Sequence record: NC_048203.1
Reading direction: 5' to 3' (one strand)
Source of the DNA: Escherichia phage vB_Eco_mar003J3
DNA length: 64,000 bases
Part shown: positions 8,214 through 16,948 of the stretch, piece by piece
Layout of the letters: each line of letters begins with the position of its first letter
Numbering within the stretch: the stretch's first letter is position 1
Made by a program: the position numbers and the translations under genes
Notes under the pieces: model-generated
Told to the model about the DNA's origin: nothing
The model's database searches: none
What the model saw: only the letters and a program-made list of their open reading frames with translations

Positions 8214-8657
8214 TTAATTAAATTCGCCAGCAACCTGAGCAGCAATGCCACCATCGTAACGACCAGGAAACTCTTCCTTAATCGCTTTCATCAGCATACC
8301 CTTTGTAATCCCAGGATTCAGCTTAACTAATTCTGCAAAGTATTTGCGAATCTCAGAATCAGATAGCTGAGGAGGCAAATACTGCTGTAACCATTTGTTC
8401 AGTATATATTCATACTGAGCAGACTGCAAGCTATAATTATCAAGATCTTGACTGTGAAGTTTAGATTTCGTCTGATTAATGCTTTTCAGTTGAGCTTTTA
8501 GATAAGATATAAACTGTTCAGAAGTAATGAAGTCTTTATCAACACGCTGAAGATCTCCGATTATGGTCTGGTAGCTTTTAGCTACTTCTTTATCAGAACC
8601 ATCAAACTTGGATTCCTGCAAAGCCCTACGCAAAACATCTAGAATATTCTCTTCCAT
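8214..8657 (-). CDS. GatB/YqeY-domain protein
   Basis: 147 aa; C-terminal GITKGMLMKAIKEEFPGRYDG resembles the YqeY signature as recalled. Confidence 0.6.
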   Translation of the reverse strand: MEENILDVLRRALQESKFDGSDKEVAKSYQTIIGDLQRVDKDFITSEQFISYLKAQLKSINQTKSKLHSQDLDNYSLQSAQYEYILNKWLQQYLPPQLSDSEIRKYFAELVKLNPGITKGMLMKAIKEEFPGRYDGGIAAQVAGEFN

Positions 8658-8827
8658 TATTTAATTCCCAGTGCTTGGTTAAAAAATTGTTCTGTCATAA
8701 CTGCCGAGACTTTAGCGAAATCAAACTTCTTAGGGTTTGTAGTAATTTCAGCAACGTTAGTAGTTTTAACTGTTTTCGTAGTACGGATACCACGAGTATT
8801 AACACCAATAATTACAACTGATTTCAT
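8657..8827 (-). CDS. small hypothetical protein (56 aa), absent from ORF track
   Basis: ATG at 8827 with SD GAGAGGAA; MKSVVIIGVNTRG...; stop overlaps next gene start. Confidence 0.35.
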   Translation of the reverse strand: MKSVVIIGVNTRGIRTTKTVKTTNVAEITTNPKKFDFAKVSAVMTEQFFNQALGIK

Positions 8828-8858
8828 ATTTCGCTTCCTCTCATTAATTTATGAAAGT

Positions 8859-8887
8859 ATTATACAGAAATTTAAGGCTTTAAGCAA
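8859..8887 (-). promoter_or_regulatory. T5-type early promoter (TTGCTT, 17 bp, TATAAT)
   Basis: Minus-strand reading. Confidence 0.6.
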
Positions 8888-8895
8888 TCGAATTT

Positions 8896-9363
8896 TTAAG
8901 TTTTCTTAACCACAGGTTTATAGAACGTATGGCCTTGAATCTTTGTTGTTTTCTTAAACTTCTTTGTCCAGTACGGTTTATCTTTACCACTATGGAAGTA
9001 TAACGCTCCATGTGTTGGATCTTGTGGTAAATCAACGTAGTATATCACTCTAGCTACATTCTTAGCAGTTTGCCAAGCCGCATCGGTTTTATCAACTTTT
9101 GGTCTCTTAGATACCCAAGAGAACTGGTTAGACTGATATACTACTTTACAGTAAGAATCCGGAAATGTACCAGAGTTAACACGGTTTTTAGTGACCTGTG
9201 CAACTGCAACCATTCCCTTCGTGCCCTCACCTCGGCTCTCAAAATAGACATTTTTTGCAATGCAATCAATCTGTTTAGCGTCGTAGGTCGCATGACTATT
9301 GAAGCTATAGGTTAGGGCAGCTATTAAAAGCAAAGCTGCCTTCATTTTATTTACTCCGGCCAA
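8896..9363 (-). CDS. secreted cell-wall hydrolase (SleB/Hydrolase_2-like)
   Basis: 155 aa; signal peptide MKAALLLIAALTYSFNSHA; NVYFESRGEG...AVAQVTKNRV motif. Confidence 0.6.
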   Translation of the reverse strand: MAGVNKMKAALLLIAALTYSFNSHATYDAKQIDCIAKNVYFESRGEGTKGMVAVAQVTKNRVNSGTFPDSYCKVVYQSNQFSWVSKRPKVDKTDAAWQTAKNVARVIYYVDLPQDPTHGALYFHSGKDKPYWTKKFKKTTKIQGHTFYKPVVKKT

Positions 9364-9668
9364 TCGTACTCAATACGATTAGGGCTTTCTTGATACCCTT
9401 CGTCTAAGAGATCATTACGCATGGTCTCTTTAGCTACTGGGTTCGAGGTTACTAGTACCACTTTCTTGGGTCTCTGACCAAATTCTAGGAGTAAACGAAG
9501 AATTTGATAACCTTCCATACCATCTACAGCCAGATCGTTATCCATATAAACGAAATGGCCTGTGGTATCGGTTTTATTCAGAAACTCAACAGCGGCTTCG
9601 GGGGTTCGAATGATAATGTCCATTCCATGGAGGTTACGCACATCATCAATCAGAATATGAAAAACCAT
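9351..9668 (-). CDS. hypothetical protein, possible receiver-like fold
   Basis: 105 aa; ILIDD...YMDNDL acidic pocket-like pattern; weak. Confidence 0.4.
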   Translation of the reverse strand: MVFHILIDDVRNLHGMDIIIRTPEAAVEFLNKTDTTGHFVYMDNDLAVDGMEGYQILRLLLEFGQRPKKVVLVTSNPVAKETMRNDLLDEGYQESPNRIEYDWPE

Positions 9669-9698
9669 AATAGCCTCGTCTCATCAATTTAAAAATAT

Positions 9699-9727
9699 AT
9701 TATACAGAAAACTAAACTAATTAGCAA
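9699..9727 (-). promoter_or_regulatory. T5-type early promoter (TTGCTA, 17 bp, TATAAT)
   Basis: Minus-strand reading. Confidence 0.55.
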
Positions 9728-10111
9728 ATACATTTTTAAATTGAGAGACTAGTAAACCGATAAACAGCCTAGAGGCGCCACAGGCCATATCTTATGAGCC
9801 ATGTACCTTTGATCTAGGGTTTGAATCATCAACGAATACTTTGCATCTTTTAGCTTTAGAAGGTTAGAAGTTTGAGTGCTTTTAACTTTTCAGCTTTCAT
9901 ACTTGAGCGTTGATCTTTGAAGTTGTGTTGGTACTACCAACGACCTTTTGTTTTTACGTGTCAGATTAAATGTCCGATGTAATAAACATAATCTCCAATA
10001 GATTATACTTTATAGTATGGTCAGCGGTCTTATTTAACCTCGTATTTCAACCGCTGCTGCGAGGTAAGATGCTTGGGCTTTCGTCTACCGATTTACTAGT
10101 CTTTTAAATTA

Positions 10112-10750
10112 TTACTCTACTTCGATAAAAGTAGAGGCGTTGGACTCAGACAGAACAAAGTCAACGTTGGTTGCAAAGTCCTGGTATTCTTCGTCGTGTT
10201 GCTTGATCAGCTTTTCCAGCTCCAGCGGATCGATCAGGAACGGAGTGTTCTTGAGTTCCAGCAGGTTAAGCTGCATCTTAACTTCATCCTCGGAAGTCTT
10301 CTTGTCGCGGGTAGCCATGGTATCCTGCAAACGCTCATACTTGGCATCAAACTGAGCCTTCTGAGTGTTAAACTTAACAGTAGCAGCATGGAACTGCTTA
10401 CGCATGTTAGCCAGCAACTGAGCTTTGAGTTCCATAGAACGCTTAGCTTCGATTGCTTCCGCAACAGTCATAGAGCGGGAACCGATCTCTACAACAGTTT
10501 CAGCATTGCTCTTGATCAGCGCTGCTTTCAGATGATCACGCTGGGTCATCATATCCAGCAGAGACTGGAAATCAGTTTTAATACGAGTAGACAGAGCATC
10601 TACTTCGATTGCAGCACCAACGACAACTTGATTCTTGTCTTTACCTTCACCAACAGCAATCAAAAGCTGTTGTTCAGTAGCTTTACGGATTTTAGCTTCC
10701 AGAGACTTGATAGTTGCCAGAGCACGAGTTTTAGAGATACGAGTAGTCAT
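10112..10750 (-). CDS. coiled-coil protein (212 aa)
   Basis: Start moved to MTTRISK (SD AAGGAAG); heptad-rich. Confidence 0.5.
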   Translation of the reverse strand: MTTRISKTRALATIKSLEAKIRKATEQQLLIAVGEGKDKNQVVVGAAIEVDALSTRIKTDFQSLLDMMTQRDHLKAALIKSNAETVVEIGSRSMTVAEAIEAKRSMELKAQLLANMRKQFHAATVKFNTQKAQFDAKYERLQDTMATRDKKTSEDEVKMQLNLLELKNTPFLIDPLELEKLIKQHDEEYQDFATNVDFVLSESNASTFIEVE

Positions 10751-10805
10751 TATTTGCTTCCTTATATGAAGTTTGAGATTTGAATTTGTTTTAAAAAACG
10801 GTCTA

Positions 10806-10988
10806 TTACAGACCGATTGCCAGCAGAGTGCGCAGAACAGTATCAGAACTGTTATCAATATTCGGATTGGCGCGATTCAGCACATTAAAGATTTTCTGGA
10901 TGCCGGACTGACGCTCAGCCATACGACGCAGACCCAGGTTACGTTTTGCTACTTTACCATTTTTACGGACGTTTTTAGATACTGGCAT
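10806..10988 (-). CDS. small basic protein (60 aa)
   Basis: SD AAGGAAA upstream; K/R-rich. Confidence 0.45.
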   Translation of the reverse strand: MPVSKNVRKNGKVAKRNLGLRRMAERQSGIQKIFNVLNRANPNIDNSSDTVLRTLLAIGL

Positions 10989-11028
10989 AATTATTTTCCT
11001 TTTGTTGTTCTCTCAAATTTATGAATAT

Positions 11029-11057
11029 ATTATACAGAATTTTGGAGCTGAAAGCAA
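11029..11057 (-). promoter_or_regulatory. T5-type early promoter (TTGCTT, 17 bp, TATAAT)
   Basis: Minus-strand reading. Confidence 0.6.
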
Positions 11058-11058
11058 A

Positions 11059-11760
11059 TCAAATTTTGATTTTTTCGATCATGACGGCTACACAATAACT
11101 TTCAACTAAAGCATCGAATGCTGGATCATGCTTCACAGGATAGATTCCATAACGAATGGTGTCCATCTTTTCCATTTTAGCTTTTGCCCAGCTAGTACCT
11201 TCGGCTTCTAGATCTTTATAGCTATAACCAGCTTGCATCCACTGATTACGGAAAGATCGAACGTTACCTAAGTTCCAGAATTTCCACGGAACTATTTCTT
11301 CATGGGTTCCGGCATGGAACGTATTTGCAGAGTAGATTGTCATATCAAACTCTGGGCCATTGCCGTAATACAGAGCATTATCTCCTAGAGACAATTCCAT
11401 AATGTTCTGAGCCATAGAGAAGGCAGCATAATTAGAGCCTACGTCATTAGTGCAGTGATGCTTACCATCACGGAAGGCAATCAGTTTAGGATTACGACCA
11501 TTTAGAGCCTCCATAATATGGAGCGCAGATGGACTGTTTTTAGCTTGATCCATCCAGAATGCAATAGTAGAGGCAGTTACCTTAGCACCCGCATTAAGCT
11601 GATCTTGAACGTCTAGAGTAACGAATACCAGATCAGGATCTTTATCAATTCCGTGCATCGCTACAAAAGCGAAAGAAGGCATTGCAATATGAGTAGTACC
11701 GCAATTTCCTGGAGTACCTAGAGATTCAATGTCTAGCATACCAAAGGGCTTGAATTTCAT
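11059..11760 (-). CDS. DEDDh-type 3'-5' exonuclease (DnaQ-like fold)
   Basis: 233 aa; LDIESLG (motif I D-x-E) and HDPAFDA (H-x4-D). Confidence 0.55.
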   Translation of the reverse strand: MKFKPFGMLDIESLGTPGNCGTTHIAMPSFAFVAMHGIDKDPDLVFVTLDVQDQLNAGAKVTASTIAFWMDQAKNSPSALHIMEALNGRNPKLIAFRDGKHHCTNDVGSNYAAFSMAQNIMELSLGDNALYYGNGPEFDMTIYSANTFHAGTHEEIVPWKFWNLGNVRSFRNQWMQAGYSYKDLEAEGTSWAKAKMEKMDTIRYGIYPVKHDPAFDALVESYCVAVMIEKIKI

Positions 11761-11790
11761 AATTATGTCCTTTATTGTTGTAGAAAACTA

Positions 11791-12003
11791 TTAAAGAGCT
11801 GTCTCTTTAATAGACTCCCACTGTTTGGGGTCTTTCAGAGGAAGTTCCTCTTCTTCAAACAGGTCTGTTTCATTTTCACTAACATCCCAGTTTTCTTCCA
11901 TGATTTCTTCTAGAAGCTCATGTTTAGAAAGACGAGTGTAGTCTCTAGCAGACTTGTGAGTGCTAGCACGGTTAAAATCATTCTTTGCAACGAAGTTACG
12001 CAT
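11791..12003 (-). CDS. small acidic protein (70 aa)
   Basis: ORF; E/D-rich C-terminus. Confidence 0.45.
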   Translation of the reverse strand: MRNFVAKNDFNRASTHKSARDYTRLSKHELLEEIMEENWDVSENETDLFEEEELPLKDPKQWESIKETAL

Positions 12004-12018
12004 AGTTTCTCCAAATAA

Positions 12019-12036
12019 GAGGGGCTTTCGCCCCCT
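12019..12036 (-). terminator. GGGGC-tttc-GCCCC hairpin terminator
   Basis: Followed on minus strand by CUUAUUUGG; sits 15 nt upstream of next start. Confidence 0.5.
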
Positions 12037-12044
12037 GATTTAAA

Positions 12045-12260
12045 TTACTTGCCCAGCAGTTTAAGGATATTTTCCTTAATAGTTTGAGCAGATTTTTCAC
12101 TCTTATTGGTTTCAGCCAGTTTCAGAGCGAGTTCTTCCTGCTGTTTCTGAATATCAGCAGCAGTTTTCTGGTCAGCTTCAATACGAGCTTGAAGTTCATC
12201 AGTAATAGTGGTAAAGGAAGCAACGATTTCAGTAACGGAACGTGGTTTCTTAGAGAACAT
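12045..12260 (-). CDS. small coiled-coil protein (71 aa)
   Basis: ORF only. Confidence 0.45.
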   Translation of the reverse strand: MFSKKPRSVTEIVASFTTITDELQARIEADQKTAADIQKQQEELALKLAETNKSEKSAQTIKENILKLLGK

Positions 12261-12297
12261 AAAAATATCCTTGATTAGTCAGAGAAAGAGTTAGTGT

Positions 12298-12315
12298 ATG
12301 GGGCTTTCGCCCCAT
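12298..12315 (-). terminator. ATGGGGC-tttc-GCCCCAT hairpin
   Basis: Second copy of the same hairpin type 280 bp from the first. Confidence 0.45.
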
Positions 12316-12321
12316 CAATCA

Positions 12322-12837
12322 TTACTTCGCTTTACGCTTACGAGTAGGTTTAGCGGATTTACGATCAGAAGCACCAGTAAACTTAATACCGATACCGTAG
12401 CACAGAGCGCGAACGTTGTCACGGCTATACTCTACACCGAAAATATTCGGTTTAACGGAGCCAAACTGTCCACGGGATTCACGCATTACGTCAGCCATTG
12501 GCTTACGCTTCTGATTGACTGCTTTTTCGTAGTCTTTCAGAGCCATACCGTTGCGGGCGAACATCTCAGCACCGCCGTTAAAGCTCAGAGTTACAGGTAC
12601 AGACTTATGACCTTCACCCTTGATGAACACAACCTGCTTAGCAGTTGCGCGAGTAGAGTTCTTGGCCTTCGGCTTCTGGCGAACCGGAGCCGCAGACTTC
12701 AGGGCAGTCTGAGCCTGAGCATCAGTAGGATGCTTACGCAGATGACGTTCCAGACGAGCCTTACGATTGGCTTCGGTCTGAGCGAAAGTTTTAACTGCCG
12801 GAGCTGCCTGAGTTTTTGCGTTTTTATGCTTAGCCAT
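12322..12837 (-). CDS. basic protein, possible nucleic-acid binding (171 aa)
   Basis: K/R-rich termini. Confidence 0.45.
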   Translation of the reverse strand: MAKHKNAKTQAAPAVKTFAQTEANRKARLERHLRKHPTDAQAQTALKSAAPVRQKPKAKNSTRATAKQVVFIKGEGHKSVPVTLSFNGGAEMFARNGMALKDYEKAVNQKRKPMADVMRESRGQFGSVKPNIFGVEYSRDNVRALCYGIGIKFTGASDRKSAKPTRKRKAK

Positions 12838-12875
12838 TATTTGTTTTCCTTTTTGTTGATCAATTTATGAGATAT

Positions 12876-12904
12876 ATTATACGAAATTTTGAAGAGTTTA
12901 GCAA
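12876..12904 (-). promoter_or_regulatory. T5-type early promoter (TTGCTA, 17 bp, TATAAT)
   Basis: Minus-strand reading. Confidence 0.55.
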
Positions 12905-12920
12905 ATGAATTTTTTAAAAA

Positions 12921-13199
12921 TTATCTGCCGATCATCTTAGCTTGTTCCTCACTGGAAACGTACTGATAACCACCCTTGTTATATGCAGGAGCAGTACACA
13001 GTTTCTTGCGCTCAATTTCTTCTTGAGCTTTGCGTTCCCTTTCGGCTAATTCTTCATCTAGATAAACTAGACGCTGCTCCGGAGGTGGTGGAAGCCTAGT
13101 TTCTGGCTCACCAATATTTGCCTTTCTGATCTGACGCGGAGATTGTGCGCGTTTTCTCAAAGGTTTAAATCCTAATGAATTTGAGTTGTAAATTCGCAT
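12921..13199 (-). CDS. hypothetical protein (92 aa)
   Basis: ORF only. Confidence 0.45.
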   Translation of the reverse strand: MRIYNSNSLGFKPLRKRAQSPRQIRKANIGEPETRLPPPPEQRLVYLDEELAERERKAQEEIERKKLCTAPAYNKGGYQYVSSEEQAKMIGR

Positions 13200-13226
13200 A
13201 AAGCCCTCCTCACTTTCAATACGAAT

Positions 13227-13255
13227 ATTATACTAAATTCGAGGGCTTTAAGCAA
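13227..13255 (-). promoter_or_regulatory. T5-type early promoter (TTGCTT, 17 bp, TATAAT)
   Basis: Minus-strand reading. Confidence 0.6.
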
Positions 13256-13275
13256 GTGAATTTTTAAATTATTTA

Positions 13276-13764
13276 TTACATCTCAGCAAGTTCTTGCTCA
13301 GTAATTACAGTATTGCATAGAGCATCAACTTCTTCATTACCACGAATACCTGAGTGACCTTTAACCTTAACAAAGGTTGGATTGGTATCATGGAAGTTAA
13401 TATACTGTTGAGTTAGTTTAAATGCTTCTTGCCAGAGTTCTAGATTAAGAGGAGTTTCACCATCTCCCTTCTTCCAGCCTTTCTTCTGCCAAGACCACAT
13501 CCAGCTTTCCATACCATTTTTGCAGTAAGCAGAATCAGTGTAGATAATTACTGGACGATTATCTTTCTTAGTAGACCAACGAAGAACTTCTACAATTGCA
13601 GTAAGTTCCATTTCGTTATTAGTAGTTTTAGGGCTGAATCCAGATTTAGAGCCAATACGATCATCATTATCATTATAGACAACGAATCCCCACGCACCTA
13701 AACCAGGATTGCCTTTACATGCACCATCTGTATATATGTGGAAAACCGACATTATTTGCTCCAA
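13276..13764 (-). CDS. rnhA: ribonuclease H
   Basis: 162 aa; YTDGACKGNPG start, TNNEMELTAI, YTDS, HSGIRGNEEVD. Confidence 0.85.
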   Translation of the reverse strand: MEQIMSVFHIYTDGACKGNPGLGAWGFVVYNDNDDRIGSKSGFSPKTTNNEMELTAIVEVLRWSTKKDNRPVIIYTDSAYCKNGMESWMWSWQKKGWKKGDGETPLNLELWQEAFKLTQQYINFHDTNPTFVKVKGHSGIRGNEEVDALCNTVITEQELAEM

Positions 13765-14021
13765 TCAATTTCAAGCCAAAAACCTTCACGCTGTTCATAC
13801 TTAGCTTCTACAACATAACCTAGTTTGCTAAATTTTTGCATGACGCTATTTCTAGCGTTTTCTGAGTATTCAGTTAATCCCTGGATGTGACAGTTAAATT
13901 CTTTATCTTTAATAGCTTTGTCAATCTCTACGGCAATAAGTGATTCTAGGTCAATTACTTCCTTTTTAATGCTAGCAATAGTATTTTGTTTTGCTTCTAA
14001 AGCAGATAAAAGAATAGACAT
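13752..14021 (-). CDS. hypothetical protein (89 aa)
   Basis: ORF only. Confidence 0.45.
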   Translation of the reverse strand: MSILLSALEAKQNTIASIKKEVIDLESLIAVEIDKAIKDKEFNCHIQGLTEYSENARNSVMQKFSKLGYVVEAKYEQREGFWLEIDWSK

Positions 14022-14023
14022 AT

Positions 14024-14602
14024 TTATTCTCCAATTACTAAAACATCATGTTGAGAAGATACACCACACATATAATCTGCACAATGCGTAAAAGCCAGAT
14101 CAATGATTTCAAATATATCATCTACATCTAAATCTGTGGCTCGACAATCCGCAATAGCTAAACCTGTACGAATACTGGAAAGTACATCTTCTCCTCCACA
14201 GCCTACACCGGCATATTCAACTTCTAGAATAGAAGCATTAGATTGGAAAATAAAGATTCTTCCTTTGTAGAGCATAATAAATTGTCCCAGATTAGGTTCA
14301 GCATATTTTTCATTTTTCTTTTCGCCAAAATCTTTCTGGTTAAACATATCACGTAGTTTAGGTACTATTTCCGTATATAAATATTTATCATCGGAAATAT
14401 CTGCTAAACGTGGTGGTACAGTAAAGCTATGCTCTAGTAATTGTCCCATGTAGAAGGAACTAGTGTATCCGAAGTACAAATCATCAGAGATTTTGAATAC
14501 TTTCGGATTTTTAACCAGCAGTTTCGTATAGCCATTAGAACCCATACGATCACCAGCTAAGTATACTTTATCTTTATATTTAAATGCTACTATGGCTGTC
14601 AT
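14024..14602 (-). CDS. HslV-like / proteasome beta-type Ntn-hydrolase peptidase
   Basis: 192 aa; MTAIVAFKYKDKVYLAGDRMGSNGY resembles the HslV N-terminus as recalled; glycine-rich GVGCGG; Thr at position 2. Confidence 0.55.
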   Translation of the reverse strand: MTAIVAFKYKDKVYLAGDRMGSNGYTKLLVKNPKVFKISDDLYFGYTSSFYMGQLLEHSFTVPPRLADISDDKYLYTEIVPKLRDMFNQKDFGEKKNEKYAEPNLGQFIMLYKGRIFIFQSNASILEVEYAGVGCGGEDVLSSIRTGLAIADCRATDLDVDDIFEIIDLAFTHCADYMCGVSSQHDVLVIGE

Positions 14603-14632
14603 TATTAAATCCTTCTGTCAAATTAGAAGTAT

Positions 14633-14661
14633 ATTATATTTGAATTTCACTCAGTAAGCAA
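14633..14661 (-). promoter_or_regulatory. T5-type early promoter (TTGCTT, 17 bp, TATAAT)
   Basis: Minus-strand reading. Confidence 0.6.
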
Positions 14662-14677
14662 ATGAAATTTAAATATA

Positions 14678-14695
14678 ATAGCCCCGAAGGGCTAT
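14678..14695 (-). terminator. ATAGCCC-cgaa-GGGCTAT hairpin
   Basis: Directly after membrane-protein stop. Confidence 0.45.
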
Positions 14696-14700
14696 TTGAA

Positions 14701-15054
14701 TTAGATTATAATCAAGATTATTAGGGCGTATGTCAGATAATGCAGTAACTGATCAAATCCTAAAGCTATCCAAAACTTAGCATCGCTTATAGCGTATTTA
14801 CAGCGTTGTGCTTTCCAATAATCTATAATAAAGTGTAGAATTAATTCCATAATAGCTAAAGCTATAGACATTCCTGGTGATGTGAATAGGATTAGAATTG
14901 CAAATGTTAATCCAGCATGTACTAGCGAATGGGTTAATAATGGAAGTTTCCACCCTATTTTATGCGTCTTTCTTAGCATATATGGTGTTTGGAGTGGATA
15001 ATCGGCCATAAAATGTTTTAGAAAGAATATGACAAATAATAGTATAATTAACAT
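14701..15054 (-). CDS. small integral membrane protein
   Basis: 117 aa; 3-4 hydrophobic helices. Confidence 0.5.
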   Translation of the reverse strand: MLIILLFVIFFLKHFMADYPLQTPYMLRKTHKIGWKLPLLTHSLVHAGLTFAILILFTSPGMSIALAIMELILHFIIDYWKAQRCKYAISDAKFWIALGFDQLLHYLTYALIILIII

Positions 15055-15057
15055 ATG

Positions 15058-15912
15058 TTACACCGTAAATGGATATGCAATAGCAGGATGGTGTTCATAG
15101 CCACGAACAGTAAAATCATCTTTACTTACCCACGTTAATACATCATCCAAAGTTCTAATATTTGGATTGATTTCTAAAGTAGGAGGTGCAAAAGGTTCAC
15201 GATCGAATTGCTTGTGCTCCATCAGAACATTATACTGATCTTCATAGATATGAAGATTAATAATCTTTTGACGAGCAATACCTGGCTTAAGACCTGTAAT
15301 CTGTGCCATAATAGCTAGAAGTGCATAGCATTGCACCATATTAAATACTTGGCCCAGCAAGAAATCATTAGACCTCTGGAAAGAGTTTAGGTATAGTGTA
15401 TCACCTAAAATAGAGAATTGATGGGTATGCATACACGGACGTAGGCATCCTTTACGAAATTCCCCAGGGTTCCAAAAAGTTAAAATTTCTCCACGATCGT
15501 CAATCCCTCTTTTCAAATTATGATAGACTTTGGCTAACTGATCAAATACCATACCATCAGAATTAGTCCAATGACGTCCTTGAACACCATAGACTCGTCC
15601 CATATCATCCTCGCCTTTACGGAATGGATTACCTAGCCAGGCAATATTTTCATTTGCATTAGCATTCCATGTATTAACACCAATAGCGCGGAATTGTGCT
15701 GCTGAGTCGTACCCACGGAGATATCCGATCATTTCCATTATTGCTTGTTTAGCAAATGCTTTACGAGTAGTTACTAGCGGCAGTTCTCCTGCTCCTACGT
15801 TAAAGGTAAAGTCTGCATCAATAATGGTTAGGCAACGAACCCCTGTTCTAGGATTCGTTACCCATACACCCTCTTCAATAATACGTTTTCCAGTTTCAAT
15901 ATATTGGCGCAT
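15058..15912 (-). CDS. thyA: thymidylate synthase
   Basis: 284 aa; [12 protein letters not shown] catalytic Cys region and other ThyA blocks. Confidence 0.9.
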   Translation of the reverse strand: MRQYIETGKRIIEEGVWVTNPRTGVRCLTIIDADFTFNVGAGELPLVTTRKAFAKQAIMEMIGYLRGYDSAAQFRAIGVNTWNANANENIAWLGNPFRKGEDDMGRVYGVQGRHWTNSDGMVFDQLAKVYHNLKRGIDDRGEILTFWNPGEFRKGCLRPCMHTHQFSILGDTLYLNSFQRSNDFLLGQVFNMVQCYALLAIMAQITGLKPGIARQKIINLHIYEDQYNVLMEHKQFDREPFAPPTLEINPNIRTLDDVLTWVSKDDFTVRGYEHHPAIAYPFTV

Positions 15913-16439
15913 TAATAAGTCACCAGTTCTTGTACAAAAGATAAACTTTTGTCTGCATTATGCCCTACTGCATAGTCCATCCTAGTTGCTGTTGAATTAG
16001 TCATAGTAATATGATGGTGAAGATGTACATCAGCAGATAATGGTGTAACTGAATTAATAGTAGATACATACGCCATATCTAGATGATTATTGACGTACAT
16101 TTCAAGAAGCAGAGTTGCTCCTCCTAATACTACAGTTACTTCTTCCTTGAGGAAATCAGGCAGACTGTATCCAATATTACTTATGCGTGTGGCTGATCCT
16201 ACAGAGTTAGGTAGTGGTCTATTTGCATAAATAAATAGGTCAGAATCTCCTAGTATTCTTTTTTGCAGAGTCTCAGGGAAGGCTAACCAAGTCCCTGCTC
16301 CTACAATAATATTATCAGGTGCTAGAGAATCCAAAGTAGCATAGAAGATATCTAGTTCTTCTTTGAAAGAACCCCAGGGGAGCTTACCATTAAGGCCGAA
16401 CTCCCCATTCGGCCCAGTTGCATAGATTGCTGCTATCAT
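15912..16439 (-). CDS. dihydrofolate reductase
   Basis: 175 aa; [27 protein letters not shown]-terminus; start overlaps thyA stop. Confidence 0.85.
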   Translation of the reverse strand: MIAAIYATGPNGEFGLNGKLPWGSFKEELDIFYATLDSLAPDNIIVGAGTWLAFPETLQKRILGDSDLFIYANRPLPNSVGSATRISNIGYSLPDFLKEEVTVVLGGATLLLEMYVNNHLDMAYVSTINSVTPLSADVHLHHHITMTNSTATRMDYAVGHNADKSLSFVQELVTY

Positions 16440-16948
16440 TTATTAAGTTCCTCTAGTGACGGAATAGTACCTTGAAATTCTTCTAATCGTGCAAAATCCC
16501 CTTGTTTTTGTACTCTAAGGTTATTGGCTTTTTTAATTGCTAAAGAGAGATCTTCATAGTTAAATACTCCCCCATATACACCTTGAATACGAACATACCA
16601 TTTTTGTCTCTGCTTATTCCAACTAATCCCAGAATAGCCTGATTTATTTGGTATTTTTCTGTTTTGCTTATTCTGCTTACTAGTAGATTTCCTAAGATTA
16701 TCCCACTTATTGTTAAGACCATCCCTATCCTTATGGTCTACTTCCTCCGGCATGTAACCCTCCATGTATAGAAAGGCTAACCTATGGGCATACTCTTTGG
16801 TACTATCTATACCTATAACTAAGTACCCGTCTCTCTCATAGCCTGCCACGCTTCCTGCCTTCTGGTTAGCTATGTCGATTAATCTAATAAATTCTCCCGT
16901 TTCCGGGAGATATTTAAATAGTTCCTTTAATCTTTGTTGTGTTACCAT
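16436..16948 (-). CDS. HNH homing endonuclease
   Basis: 170 aa; EEVDHKDRDGLNNKWDNLR; paralog of 39601-40131. Confidence 0.75.
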   Translation of the reverse strand: MVTQQRLKELFKYLPETGEFIRLIDIANQKAGSVAGYERDGYLVIGIDSTKEYAHRLAFLYMEGYMPEEVDHKDRDGLNNKWDNLRKSTSKQNKQNRKIPNKSGYSGISWNKQRQKWYVRIQGVYGGVFNYEDLSLAIKKANNLRVQKQGDFARLEEFQGTIPSLEELNK

